Shown here piece after piece: positions 11,814 through 21,831 of a DNA stretch of 62,958 bases (within the stretch, counting starts at the first letter, position 1; each line of letters starts with the position of its first letter). Source of the stretch: Actinomycetes bacterium (lineage in GTDB: Bacteria; Actinomycetota; Actinomycetes; Actinomycetales; Microbacteriaceae); the NCBI GenBank assembly GCA_021779075.1, contig JAJYBG010000001.1, forward strand, positions 1 to 62,958, written 5' to 3'. Under the pieces are notes generated by a model, which was not told where the DNA came from, made no database searches, and saw only the letters and a program-made list of their open reading frames with translations. Both the position numbers and the translations under genes were made by a program.

Positions 11814-12644
11814 TCAGAGGCGTTCGGCGAGAGCGGTCAGCGTCTGCGTCGTGCCGCCATCGATCTTCACGGCCGCGGACGAGTCGCCCTTGGTCGCGCC
11901 GCGGTTGACGATGACGATGGGCAGCTTGCGGCGACGCGCCTGCTCGATGAGGCGGATGCCGGTGTTGACGACCAGCGACGAGCCCGCGACGAGCAGCGCC
12001 TCGGCCGAGTGCACCAGCGCGCGGGCCTCGGCGAAGCGGTCGGGCGGCACGAACTCGCCGAAGAACACGACATCGGGTTTGAGCCAGCCGCCGCAGACCG
12101 TGCATGCCGGCACGAGGAAGCCGTCGACGTCCGCGACGTCGACATCGCCATCCGGGTTGAGCATGACCGCGTCGGGCTGCCGGAGCTGCGGATTGAGCTC
12201 GTCGATGCGCTGGGCGATGTCGGCGCGGGCGAAGACCTGCCCGCAGCTCAGGCAGAGGACGCGGTCCATGGCGCCGTGGAGGGGGACCACGACCGACGAG
12301 CCGGCACGCAGATGCAACCCGTCGACGTTCTGCGTGATGACACCGCTGGCGACGCCCCGGCGCTCGAGGTCGGCGAGCGCGAAATGCCCCGCATTGGGCT
12401 GCGCTGCGCCGAAGAGCGCCCAGCCGAGGTGCGAGCCGGCCCAGTAGCGCTTTCGGGCGCGCTCGGAGCCGAGGAACTGCGCGATCGTCATGGGGGTTCG
12501 TTGGGGGGCGCCGACGCCGCGGTAGTCGGGGATGCCAGAATCCGTCGACACGCCTGCACCGGTGAGGACGGCGATGGTGCGACCAGCGAGCGCTTCGGCC
12601 GCCTGGTCGACGAGGACGGCAGCCTCGGAGGTCGTGACCGTCAT
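11814..12644 (-). CDS. Sir2 family NAD-dependent protein deacylase
   Basis: GAGVSTDSGIPDYRG, QNVDGLH, two CxxC, KPDVVFFGE, GSSL. Confidence 0.93.
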   Translation of the reverse strand: MTVTTSEAAVLVDQAAEALAGRTIAVLTGAGVSTDSGIPDYRGVGAPQRTPMTIAQFLGSERARKRYWAGSHLGWALFGAAQPNAGHFALADLERRGVASGVITQNVDGLHLRAGSSVVVPLHGAMDRVLCLSCGQVFARADIAQRIDELNPQLRQPDAVMLNPDGDVDVADVDGFLVPACTVCGGWLKPDVVFFGEFVPPDRFAEARALVHSAEALLVAGSSLVVNTGIRLIEQARRRKLPIVIVNRGATKGDSSAAVKIDGGTTQTLTALAERL

Positions 12645-12699
12645 CGCGCACCTCCTCCTCGATTGCGAGTGTAAACGGCGCATGATGCAGGCTTGTTTC

Positions 12700-13533
12700 G
12701 TGCAGCTGCGGCAGATCGAGACCCTCGACGACCCGATGCTCGCCGATTACACGTCGCTCACCGACGTCGCGCTGCGGCGTGTGCTCGAGCCGGCGGGCGG
12801 GCTCTACCTCGCCGAGTCGACGAAGGTCATCGAACGCGCCCTCGAAGCAGGGCACGTCCCGCGTTCGATGCTCGTGCCCGAGCAGTGGGTCGCCGAGGCA
12901 GAGGCGCTTCTGGCGCGTCACGCGCAGAATACGCACTCTGCGCCCTTGCCCGACGACTTCCCCGTTTACACCGGACCCGACGCCGTGCTCCAGCGGCTCA
13001 CCGGATTCCACCTCCACCGCGGCGCGATGGCGGCGATGCACCGGCCGGAGCTGCCCGCCGTCGCAGCGGTGCTGGCAGGCGCCCGGCGTGTCATCATCCT
13101 CGATGGACTCGTCGACCACACCAATGTCGGCGCGATCTTCCGCTCGGCGGCGGGGCTCGGAGCCGATGCGGTGCTCGTCACACCGACCTGCGCCGACCCG
13201 CTCTACCGCCGCAGCGTGCGGGTGAGCATGGGTACGGTGCTGCAAGTGCCGTGGACACGGTTGCCGGAGTGGCCGGATGCCGCCGACGAACTGCACGCGG
13301 CCGGGTTCCACATCGCGGCGCTGGCGCTGGCCGACGACGCCGTCGCGCTGGACGTCTTCGCCGCCGCGCCGCCGGAGCGCGTCGCCCTCGTGCTCGGGGC
13401 CGAAGGCGACGGCCTGGGGCGGCGCGCCCTCGCCGTCGCCGATACGACCGTCACCATCCCGATGCTGCACGGCGTCGACTCACTTAACGTCGCTGCGGCG
13501 AGTGCTGTCGCGATGTGGGCGCTTCGTCGCTGA
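12700..13533 (+). CDS. TrmH/SpoU family RNA methyltransferase
   Basis: DHTNVGAIFRSAA, RVSMG, LGAEGDGL, IPM...DSLNVA. Confidence 0.92.
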   Translation: MQLRQIETLDDPMLADYTSLTDVALRRVLEPAGGLYLAESTKVIERALEAGHVPRSMLVPEQWVAEAEALLARHAQNTHSAPLPDDFPVYTGPDAVLQRLTGFHLHRGAMAAMHRPELPAVAAVLAGARRVIILDGLVDHTNVGAIFRSAAGLGADAVLVTPTCADPLYRRSVRVSMGTVLQVPWTRLPEWPDAADELHAAGFHIAALALADDAVALDVFAAAPPERVALVLGAEGDGLGRRALAVADTTVTIPMLHGVDSLNVAAASAVAMWALRR

Positions 13534-13543
13534 GCATCGGAGG

Positions 13544-14815
13544 ATGACCGCTGAGGAACGCGCGCTGAGGCACCTGCGCGATGCGCGGCGGCGCCGCATC
13601 TACGCGCGCCGCCGCTGGCTCGTGTTCGGGACGACGGCCCTCATCGTGCTGGGGCTGGTCTACGTCGTCATGGGGGCGGCCGCGCCGCTCAAGGCCGCCG
13701 CGTTCACGCCATCCGCCGCCGCGACCGCCGTCGCGAAGGGAAAGGCCGCCGCACCCGCCTGGCCGCCCTACGGCGAAGCGGCCATCGGAATCGTCGGCCA
13801 GAACGGCCTCATCGCCCAGCGCGGCGCGCGCAAGACGGTGCCCATCGCCTCGATCACGAAGACGATCACCGCGCTCATGGTGCTCAAGGCGAAGCCCATC
13901 GCCGCCGGTGAGACCGGGCCGCTCATCACCTTCACGAAGAAGGACGTCGCGATCCTCCACCAGGTCGAGGCCGAGTACGGCGCCTGGCAGAACATCTGGG
14001 CGGGGCTGTCGATGACCGAGCTCGACGCGCTCAACGTCATGCTCGTGCCGAGCGCCAACAACTACGCCATCTCGCTCGCGACCTGGGCGTACGGCTCAGT
14101 TCCGGCGTACCTCACGGCGGCGAACGCCTGGCTGGCTGCACAGGGCCTGGCCGACACCCATCTCGCCGACGCCTCCGGGCTGGATTCCGGTTCGGTGAGC
14201 GACGCGGGCGACCTTGTCGCCCTCGGGAAGCTCGTCGCCGCGGACCCGACCTTGGCGCCGATTGTGGCGAAGAAGCACTTCACCCTCGCGGCCCTCGGCA
14301 CGATGGACAACACCAACACCGCGCTCGGCGTCGGCGGCGTCGACGGCATCAAGACCGGTCACACCGACCAGGCCGGCTACTGCCTGCTGTTCTCGGCCTC
14401 GGTGAAGATCTACGGTCAGGCGCGCACGATCGTCGGCGTCGTGCTCGACCTCAGGTCCTACGACGATCTCAAGAAGTACGTGCCGAGGCTCGTCGCGAGC
14501 ATCGCCGCCGGGTATCAGACCCTCGACCCCACGGGCGCCGGCACGACGGCGCTCGGCACCCTCACGACCGCGTGGGGTGCGTCGACGCCTGTCGTGGCGC
14601 AGAAAGCGGCGACGGTTCAGGTGTACGGGGATGCCCCGGTGACGGCCGTGCTCGACGTCGGCCGGCTGCGGCCGGGCACGGCGGCGGGCTCGACCGTCGG
14701 CACGGTGACCTTCGACGGCGGCGCGCATTCGGTATCCGTCCCGCTCGCGACGACGACGACCGTCTACGGCCCGGACTACGGCTGGCGGCTCAGCCACCCG
14801 TGGGACTGGTTCTGA
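13544..14815 (+). CDS. D-alanyl-D-alanine carboxypeptidase (peptidase S11)
   Basis: N-terminal TM; SITK (SxxK), SAN (SxN), KTG motifs. Confidence 0.92.
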   Translation: MTAEERALRHLRDARRRRIYARRRWLVFGTTALIVLGLVYVVMGAAAPLKAAAFTPSAAATAVAKGKAAAPAWPPYGEAAIGIVGQNGLIAQRGARKTVPIASITKTITALMVLKAKPIAAGETGPLITFTKKDVAILHQVEAEYGAWQNIWAGLSMTELDALNVMLVPSANNYAISLATWAYGSVPAYLTAANAWLAAQGLADTHLADASGLDSGSVSDAGDLVALGKLVAADPTLAPIVAKKHFTLAALGTMDNTNTALGVGGVDGIKTGHTDQAGYCLLFSASVKIYGQARTIVGVVLDLRSYDDLKKYVPRLVASIAAGYQTLDPTGAGTTALGTLTTAWGASTPVVAQKAATVQVYGDAPVTAVLDVGRLRPGTAAGSTVGTVTFDGGAHSVSVPLATTTTVYGPDYGWRLSHPWDWF

Positions 14816-14900
14816 GCACGAAGCCTCATCGCCGATCGGCTCGAGCCTCGGCCGCTTCGGGTCCACATCCTCGCCGTACTGTGACGTTACGCTCGAAGGA

Positions 14901-16730
14901 ATGTCTGTGTTCGCGGCCGCAGAGCCGCCCGGCCGCGCCGGGTACGCCGCCGCCGATCTCTCGCCCGCCTGGCCGCTGCGCGCCCCCTGGGGCACCGCGA
15001 GCAAGCTGCGCGCCTGGCAGGAGGAGGCTCTCGAGCGGTACTTCACCGCCGAGCCGCGCGACTTCCTCGCCTCGGCCACCCCGGGCGCCGGCAAGACGAC
15101 GTTCGCGTTGCGCCTGGCGATCGAGCTCGTGCACCGGCACGAGATCGATCGCATCATCGTCGTCACCCCGACCGAGCATCTCAAGCGGCAGTGGGCGGAG
15201 GCCGCCGACCGGGTGGGCCTGCACCTCGATCCGGCGTTCCGCACCGCGTCCCGCCGCTTCGGCCGGCACTTCCGCGGCATCGCGGTGACGTATGCGCAAG
15301 TGGCCGTCAAGCCGCAGGTGTTCGCCGACCTCGTCGCAGAGCATCGCACGCTCGTCGTCCTCGACGAGGTGCACCACGGCGGCGATGCGCTGTCCTGGGG
15401 CGACGCGACGCGCGAGGCGTTCGAGCGCGCGACGCGCCGCCTGTCGCTGACGGGAACGCCGTTCCGCTCCGACACCGCGCCGATCCCGTTCGTCAGCTAC
15501 GAACGCGGCGAGGACGGCATCCGCCGATCCCGTACCGACTACGACTACGGGTACGGCAGGGCGCTGGCCGACGGCGTCGTGCGCCCGGTGCTCTTCATGG
15601 TGTACGCCGGCCACGCCCGCTGGCGCACCCGGTCGGGCGAGCAGATGGAGGCGCGCCTCGGCGAGGGCAACACGCGCGATGTGACAGCCCAGGCGTGGCG
15701 CACCGCGCTCGACCCGAAGGGGGAATGGATCCCGGCGGTACTGACGGCCGCCGATCGCCGACTCACCGAGGTGCGCGAGTCGATTCCGGATGCCGGAGGC
15801 CTCGTCATCGCGACGGATCGCGAGCAGGCGAGGGCGTATGCCGCGATCCTCCGCGGAATCACCGGGCAGGAGCCCGTGGTGGTGCTCAGCGACGAGAAGA
15901 CGGCATCGGAGCGCATCGCCGCCTTCGCGGGCGGCAACGAGCGCTGGATGGTCGCGGTGCGCATGGTGTCGGAGGGCGTCGATGTGCCGCGCCTCGCCGT
16001 CGGCGTCTATGCGACGAACTCGTCGACGCCGTTGTTCTTCGCCCAGGCGATCGGGCGCTTCGTGCGCGCCCGCCGCCGCGGCGAGACCGCATCGGTGTTC
16101 CTGCCCGACGTGCCGCAGCTCGTGGCCCTCGCCGCTGCGCTGGAACTGGAGCGCGACCACGCGCTCGACCGGGATTCCGCCGTCGAGGACGGCCTCGACG
16201 ATTCCCTGCTCGAATCGGCGCAGCGCGAGGAGCGCGCCTCCGAGACGCTGGCCGACGAGTTCGCCTTCGAGGCGGTGTCGTCGGCCGCCGCCTTCGACCG
16301 CGTCGTCTACGACGGGCGCGACTTCGGCGCATTCGCCGAACCGGGCAGCGACGAGGAGTGGGACTTCATCGGCCTGCCCGGCATCCTCGAACCCGAGCAG
16401 GTGCACGAGCTGCTCGCGCATCGCCAGCAACGGCAACTCGCTCGGCAGCGACGATCCAGCGGATCGTCGCGCGAGTCGGCGCCGCCGACAGGCGGGGAGG
16501 CCAGGTCCGGGAGCCCGGCGAAGCCGCTGCCCCTCTACCGCACCCTCAAGGAGCAGCGCACCCTGCTCAACTCGCTCGTCGGGCTGTACGCCCGCAACTC
16601 CGGCGAGGCCCATGGACTCATCCACGCCGAGCTGCGGCGCCGGTGCGGTGGGCCGGCTGTCGCCCAGGCGAGCGTGACGCAGCTCGAGGCGCGCATCCAG
16701 CTGCTGCGGAAGCAGCTGGGGCATATCTGA
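14901..16730 (+). CDS. Superfamily II DEAD/DEAH-box helicase
   Basis: ATPGAGKT, DEVHH, LTGTPFRSD, MVSEGVDVPRL, QAIGRFVR. Confidence 0.93.
   Translation: MSVFAAAEPPGRAGYAAADLSPAWPLRAPWGTASKLRAWQEEALERYFTAEPRDFLASATPGAGKTTFALRLAIELVHRHEIDRIIVVTPTEHLKRQWAEAADRVGLHLDPAFRTASRRFGRHFRGIAVTYAQVAVKPQVFADLVAEHRTLVVLDEVHHGGDALSWGDATREAFERATRRLSLTGTPFRSDTAPIPFVSYERGEDGIRRSRTDYDYGYGRALADGVVRPVLFMVYAGHARWRTRSGEQMEARLGEGNTRDVTAQAWRTALDPKGEWIPAVLTAADRRLTEVRESIPDAGGLVIATDREQARAYAAILRGITGQEPVVVLSDEKTASERIAAFAGGNERWMVAVRMVSEGVDVPRLAVGVYATNSSTPLFFAQAIGRFVRARRRGETASVFLPDVPQLVALAAALELERDHALDRDSAVEDGLDDSLLESAQREERASETLADEFAFEAVSSAAAFDRVVYDGRDFGAFAEPGSDEEWDFIGLPGILEPEQVHELLAHRQQRQLARQRRSSGSSRESAPPTGGEARSGSPAKPLPLYRTLKEQRTLLNSLVGLYARNSGEAHGLIHAELRRRCGGPAVAQASVTQLEARIQLLRKQLGHI
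16439..16497 (+). repeat. Two-hairpin repeat (family B), in frame inside the helicase CDS
   Basis: Perfect GCGACGATCC-agc-GGATCGTCGC, 11 nt, CCGCC-gaca-GGCGG; encodes RQRRSSGSSRESAPPTGG. Confidence 0.85.
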
Positions 16731-16731
16731 G

Positions 16732-16789
16732 CCCCGCTTTCGGCGATGAGGCCGCCTCTGGCGATCCCTCGGATCGGCGCCCTCAGCGG
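16732..16789 (-). repeat. Two-hairpin repeat (family B), diverged copy between convergent helicase and dnaE2
   Basis: Minus strand CCGCTGAGGGCGCCGATCC-gag-GGATCGCC...TCGCC-gaa-AGCGGGG. Confidence 0.6.
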
Positions 16790-19700
16790 AAGTCGCGCGA
16801 CGTGGTCCGCACCGCGATCGGCAGCGGATCGATCCGGTCGGCGACGACGCTGATCACCCCCTCGGGGGAGCGCTGGAGGATGCCGCGTACCACCAGCGCG
16901 CTCGACTCGCGGGCCACCCGGCGGTACTTCTGCCACACCCCCCGCGCGACCACCACATTGGTCAGCCCTGTCTCGTCCTCGAGATTGAGGAACGTGATCC
17001 CCCCGGCGGTCGTGGGGTGCTGCCGATGAGTGACGACGCCGCCGATGCTCACCCGCCGCCCCGGTTCGTGGGTCGCAAGCTGGACCGCGGTGAGCACCCC
17101 GCTGCTCGCAAGCCGAACGCGCTCGTGCCGGAGAGGATGGTCGTCGGGGGAGACCCCGGTGGCCCACATGTCGTAGGCGAGCCGGTCGGCGGGGCCGAGA
17201 GCGGGCAGCAGCGGGGGCTGCACCACGAGATGGCTTCCCGGAAGGTGATCACGGTGCACCCGAGAGGCGCTCCCCGCGATCCAGATGGCTTCGCGGCGCG
17301 ACTTTCCGAATGACTCAAAGGCGCCCGCGGCCGCAAGGGATTCCAGCTGCAGGGTGCTCAGCCCCACTCGCTCGGCCAGGTCGTACTGATCGCGGTAGGA
17401 CCCGGATGCCTCGCGCTCGGCGACGATCCGCGCAGCCAGCTCCGACCCGATCGCGCGCACCTGGGCGAGGCCGAGCCTCACCGCAGAGGCGCCGTCGCGC
17501 CGGTGCTCTGCGGAGCCGTCGGGAGCGGAGGGGTCGAACTCGTCCGCTTCGTCGAGGTCGTCGGGGTCGCCGCTGCGCGTCGTGGTGTGCTGCAGGCAGG
17601 AGGCCCGCCCGGTCGGGCCTGTGCGCGCGGGCGCGATCGGCTCGAGCGCGGCGTCCGCCTCGGAGCGTGCGATGTCGACCTGCCGCACCTCGACCCCGTG
17701 GCGGACCGCGTCGGCCACCAGGGTCTGCGAGGAGTAGAAGCCCATCGGCTGGGAGCGCAGCAGACCGGCGAGGAAGGCAGCCGGGTAGTGCAGCTTGAGC
17801 CACGAGCTCGCGTAGACGAGCACCGCGAAGCTCAGAGCATGGCTCTCGGCGAAGCCGAAGTCGGCGAAGGCCTTGATCTTGCCGTAGATGCTCTGGGCAT
17901 CGGCGTCCGTGATGCCGTTCGCGGCCATGCCGGCGAAGAGCTTCTCCTGCAGCGTCTCGATGCGCTCCTGACCGCGCTTCGAGCCCATCGAGCGGCGCAG
18001 CAGGTCGGCGTCCTCCGGGCTGCAGCCGCCGACGGCGACCGCCATCTGCATGACCTGCTCCTGGAAGAGCGGAACACCGTAGGTGCGCTTGAGCACGGGC
18101 TCCAGCGCAGGGTGCTGGTAGGTCACCTTCTCCTCCCCGGCGCGGCGCCGGATATACGGGTGCACCGCGCCGCCCTGGATCGGCCCGGGCCGGATGAGCG
18201 CGACCTCGACGACCAGGTCGTAGAAGCGCCGCGGCTTGAGTCGGGGAAGCGTCGCGAGTTGCGCCCTGCTCTCGACCTGGAACACGCCGATCGCATCCGC
18301 ACGGCAGAGCATGTCGTAGACCGCCGGCTCCTCGCGCGGGATCGTCTCGATGGTCCAGCTCTCCCCGAGCGAGCCGACCTGGTCGAAGACCTGGTGGATG
18401 GCCGAGAGCATGCCGAGGCCGAGCAGATCGAACTTGACCAGCCCCATCCACTCGCAGTCGTCCTTGTCCCATTGCAGCACCGTGCGGTCGACCATGCGCG
18501 CATGCTCGATGGGGCAGACCTCGCCGACGGGCTGCCGGGTGAGCACCATCCCGCCGGAGTGGATGCCGAGGTGCCGGGGCGCCTTCCTGAGCTGCTCGGC
18601 CAGTTCGAGCACGGGACTCGGGATGTCGGCGGAATCGCCGGCCTGCAGCCCTCGGGAGCGCTCGAAGCGCTTGCTCCAGGCGTCCTGCTGGCCGGGGGAG
18701 TGGCCGAGGGCCTTTGCCATGTCGCGCACGGCGGCCTTGGGCTGGTAGCTGATGACCGTGGCGACCTGGGCGGCCCTGTCGCGGCCGTACTTCCCATAGA
18801 CGTACTGGATCACCTCCTCGCGGCGCCCTGCCTCGAAGTCGACGTCGATGTCGGGCTCCTCCGGGCGCAAGGAGGAGAGGAACCGCTCGAACGGCAGCCG
18901 ATAGAAGATCGGATCGACGGAGGTGATGCCGAGTACGTAGCACACCGCTGAGTTCGCCGCCGAGCCGCGGCCCTGGCAGAGGATCCCCCTCCTTCTAGCA
19001 AATTGCACAATATCGTGCACGATGAGGAAATAACCGGGGAAGTCCTTGTTCTCGATGACCTTCAGCTCGCTCTCCATCCGCACGCGCACCTCGGAGAGGA
19101 GGCCGGGCCGCCTCTCCTGCGCATATTTCTCACGGATGCCCTGCTCGACGAGCTCGCGCAGACGGCTCATGGGCGTGTGGCCCGCCGGCACATCGAGCAT
19201 CGGCAGGCCGGGCCGGGCCTTCCGCAGCGAGAAGGCGAGCTCGGCGGCGACGTCGACAGTGCGCTCGACCGCCCCGGGGTAGCGGCGGAACAGCGCAGCC
19301 ATCTCGGCGCCGCTGCGCAGATGAGCCGACCCCGCCGGCAGCCACGGGTCCAGTTCGTCGAGGCTGCGCCGGGCACGCACCGCGGCCACCGCGTCGGCGA
19401 GCGGCCGCTGCGCCGGCGTGGCGTAGTGCACGTTGCCCGTGGCGACGACCGCGAGATGCCGGGATGCCGCGAGTCCGGCCAGCGCGTCGTTCCAGGTGCT
19501 CGCGAGCGCCTCGCCATGGTCGTAGAGCTCGACGAGCACGTTCTCGCGCCCGAACAGGTCGATCAATCGGTCGAGTTCCCGACCCGCCGCGGCCGCGGCC
19601 GACCCGCGGTCGACGCCCGGAACGGTGAGCGCCTGCCGCACTGCGCCCTTGCGGCACCCGGTGAGGACCGTCCAGCGGCCGCGCCCCCGCTCGGCGAGCC

Positions 19701-20241
19701 TCTCGAGCGAGTATTCCGGCCTCCCCTTCTCGGCATCGCCGGCGAGCTGAGCCTCGGTGAGAGCGGCGGCGAGGGCGTGGTATCCCTCCGCCCCCCGGGC
19801 GAGGACGAGCAGGTGGCTCCCTTCGGGGTCCGCGATGCCGCTCTGCGGGGCGCCGAGTCCGAGCGACAGCTCGGCGCCGAAGACCGTCTTCAGCTCTGTC
19901 GAATAGACCTCCGCCGCCTCGGCCATCCGGACGACGCCGTAGAGGCCGTCGTGATCGGTGATGGCGAGGCCGGCCAGGCGCAGCCGTGCCGCCTCGGCGA
20001 CGAGTCGGGCCGGGTCGCTCGCCCCGTCGAGGAAGCTGAAACTGGAGTGAGCGTGCAACTCCGCATAGGGCGTGACGAGATCGTCGCGGAGATCGCCGAG
20101 CGCGACGAGAGGGGGATCGGGCAGCTCGCGGCGGCGCTTCCGACCCGACGGGCGCTCTGGTTCGCGCGAGCCCGACGCGTCCCGGTCCGAGAGCGTGCGC
20201 TCGAGTTCCGACCACGGGATCGGCGGATTGGAGAACCCCAT
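16783..20241 (-). CDS. dnaE2: Error-prone DNA polymerase DnaE2 (ImuC)
   Basis: YAELHAHSSFSFLDGAS PHP domain, GRGSAANSAVCY, EPDIDVD, FGFAESHA, C-terminal SRDFR. Confidence 0.97.
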   Translation of the reverse strand: MGFSNPPIPWSELERTLSDRDASGSREPERPSGRKRRRELPDPPLVALGDLRDDLVTPYAELHAHSSFSFLDGASDPARLVAEAARLRLAGLAITDHDGLYGVVRMAEAAEVYSTELKTVFGAELSLGLGAPQSGIADPEGSHLLVLARGAEGYHALAAALTEAQLAGDAEKGRPEYSLERLAERGRGRWTVLTGCRKGAVRQALTVPGVDRGSAAAAAGRELDRLIDLFGRENVLVELYDHGEALASTWNDALAGLAASRHLAVVATGNVHYATPAQRPLADAVAAVRARRSLDELDPWLPAGSAHLRSGAEMAALFRRYPGAVERTVDVAAELAFSLRKARPGLPMLDVPAGHTPMSRLRELVEQGIREKYAQERRPGLLSEVRVRMESELKVIENKDFPGYFLIVHDIVQFARRRGILCQGRGSAANSAVCYVLGITSVDPIFYRLPFERFLSSLRPEEPDIDVDFEAGRREEVIQYVYGKYGRDRAAQVATVISYQPKAAVRDMAKALGHSPGQQDAWSKRFERSRGLQAGDSADIPSPVLELAEQLRKAPRHLGIHSGGMVLTRQPVGEVCPIEHARMVDRTVLQWDKDDCEWMGLVKFDLLGLGMLSAIHQVFDQVGSLGESWTIETIPREEPAVYDMLCRADAIGVFQVESRAQLATLPRLKPRRFYDLVVEVALIRPGPIQGGAVHPYIRRRAGEEKVTYQHPALEPVLKRTYGVPLFQEQVMQMAVAVGGCSPEDADLLRRSMGSKRGQERIETLQEKLFAGMAANGITDADAQSIYGKIKAFADFGFAESHALSFAVLVYASSWLKLHYPAAFLAGLLRSQPMGFYSSQTLVADAVRHGVEVRQVDIARSEADAALEPIAPARTGPTGRASCLQHTTTRSGDPDDLDEADEFDPSAPDGSAEHRRDGASAVRLGLAQVRAIGSELAARIVAEREASGSYRDQYDLAERVGLSTLQLESLAAAGAFESFGKSRREAIWIAGSASRVHRDHLPGSHLVVQPPLLPALGPADRLAYDMWATGVSPDDHPLRHERVRLASSGVLTAVQLATHEPGRRVSIGGVVTHRQHPTTAGGITFLNLEDETGLTNVVVARGVWQKYRRVARESSALVVRGILQRSPEGVISVVADRIDPLPIAVRTTSRDFR

Positions 20242-20283
20242 CAGAATCGCCGCCTTCCGGACACGACCGCTGGTCGATCGCAC

Positions 20284-21831
20284 CTAGTCATACCGCGCCT
20301 CCGCCGCCCACGCGCCGCCCTCGAACACGAGCAGCCAGGCGGTTCCGACCTCGTCGATGAGACTGAGCCGCTGCACCCCGCGAGCAGCAGCGGCGTCCCA
20401 CCACCGCTCGATGACCGGCCACGGGCCGGCCCAGGCGATGACGACCGCCGTGATCGCCCCGACGACAAGCACAGCCGGATCGCCGGTGAGGGCGCCGGAC
20501 CCGTCCATCAGCACCGGCTCACCCGAGGAGTCCGCCACCGAGACCGCCAGCCGTTGCCGGAACACTGTCGCAGGCAGCGGGTCGGGAAGCGCCCCCGGCC
20601 ACGGCCCCTTCGCGGCCCCCGCGATCTCGGCCGGAACCGGATCGCCCCAGGGCACGAGCACCTCGCGCTCGTCGAGCAGCCGACCACCACCGACGCGCGC
20701 GGTGACAACGCCCTCGTGGCCGAGCATGCTCTGCACCCGCGAGAGGGCGTGGTGCACCCGCTCGTCGGGCGCATCGCCCCACAGCCCCTCCTCGTGATGG
20801 TGGACGGAGTCGACGCTCTCAGGAGTGAGGGTGACGCGCAGCACCGGGGAGGACAGGCCGAGCGCCCCGCCGACCCCGTGAAGCTGCCAGCGCACCCGGT
20901 CGACGAGATCGGCGGCGGTGAACCAGCGCGGATGCAGCCAGGTGCGCACGCTCGTCTCGCCCTCTGTCTCCATGGTCACCGTGACCGCCGTGCAGACCAG
21001 ATGGGCCGCGATGAGCGCGGCGACGACCTCATCGGCAGTGGCGCGAATGGCGAACGCGAGCTGATCGACGCGGTCGACGCCGTCGTCGAAGGCGATCGAC
21101 CGCTCGAGCTGCGCCGCGGCCGGACGCGACACCACCGTCTCCGCGTCGCGCCCGGTCACGAGGGCGTGGACCCTGAGGCCCAATGCGCCGAAGCGGGTCG
21201 CCAGCTCGTCCTCTCCGAAGCCGGCGAGAGACCCCAGCGTCGAGAGGCCGAGTCGGCGGCACAGCTCGGCGAACCCGACGTCGCCGACCGCCTCGACGCT
21301 CTGCCCGGCGAGGAATTCGGATGTGCTCCCCGGTGGCACGAGGAGCACGGCGGACTCCGCCGACGTCGCCTGGACGGCGAGCTGGGCTGCGAACGGGCCG
21401 TCTGCCGCTCCGGCGCGCGCATCCGGGACACCGACGCTGCCGAGCGCGGCGATGAGGGTCGCGGCGAGGGGCTGCTCGCCGCCGTAGTACCGGGCAGGCC
21501 CCCGGGTGCGCAGCGCGAACAGGCCGGGCCGGATCGGCTGCACCCCGGGCACGAGCTGCTCGATCGCGGCGAGCACCGGCTCGAAGAGCCGCGCGTCGAG
21601 GGCGGCGTCATAGGCGACGACCGCCAGAGCAGGGCAGCGCGCCTGCGCTTCGCGCACCCTGAGGCCGCGTGCGACCCCGGCGGCGCGGGCCGCGGCCGAG
21701 CAGGCGAACACCTCGCCCTTGTCGATGAGTGCGAGCGGGGCGTCCCCGTCGAGCTCGGGATGCTGCAGCGCATGGGCGCGCACCGGCCAGTCCGGGCACC
21801 ACAGCACCATCGAACGCGTCAGCTCGTTCAT
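20284..21831 (-). CDS. imuB: ImuB, Y-family polymerase homolog
   Basis: LWCPDWP N-terminus, GLRVREAQARCP, PWPGALPDPLPA, WAGPWPVIERWWD, ARYD end; sits upstream of dnaE2. Confidence 0.92.
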   Translation of the reverse strand: MNELTRSMVLWCPDWPVRAHALQHPELDGDAPLALIDKGEVFACSAAARAAGVARGLRVREAQARCPALAVVAYDAALDARLFEPVLAAIEQLVPGVQPIRPGLFALRTRGPARYYGGEQPLAATLIAALGSVGVPDARAGAADGPFAAQLAVQATSAESAVLLVPPGSTSEFLAGQSVEAVGDVGFAELCRRLGLSTLGSLAGFGEDELATRFGALGLRVHALVTGRDAETVVSRPAAAQLERSIAFDDGVDRVDQLAFAIRATADEVVAALIAAHLVCTAVTVTMETEGETSVRTWLHPRWFTAADLVDRVRWQLHGVGGALGLSSPVLRVTLTPESVDSVHHHEEGLWGDAPDERVHHALSRVQSMLGHEGVVTARVGGGRLLDEREVLVPWGDPVPAEIAGAAKGPWPGALPDPLPATVFRQRLAVSVADSSGEPVLMDGSGALTGDPAVLVVGAITAVVIAWAGPWPVIERWWDAAAARGVQRLSLIDEVGTAWLLVFEGGAWAAEARYD

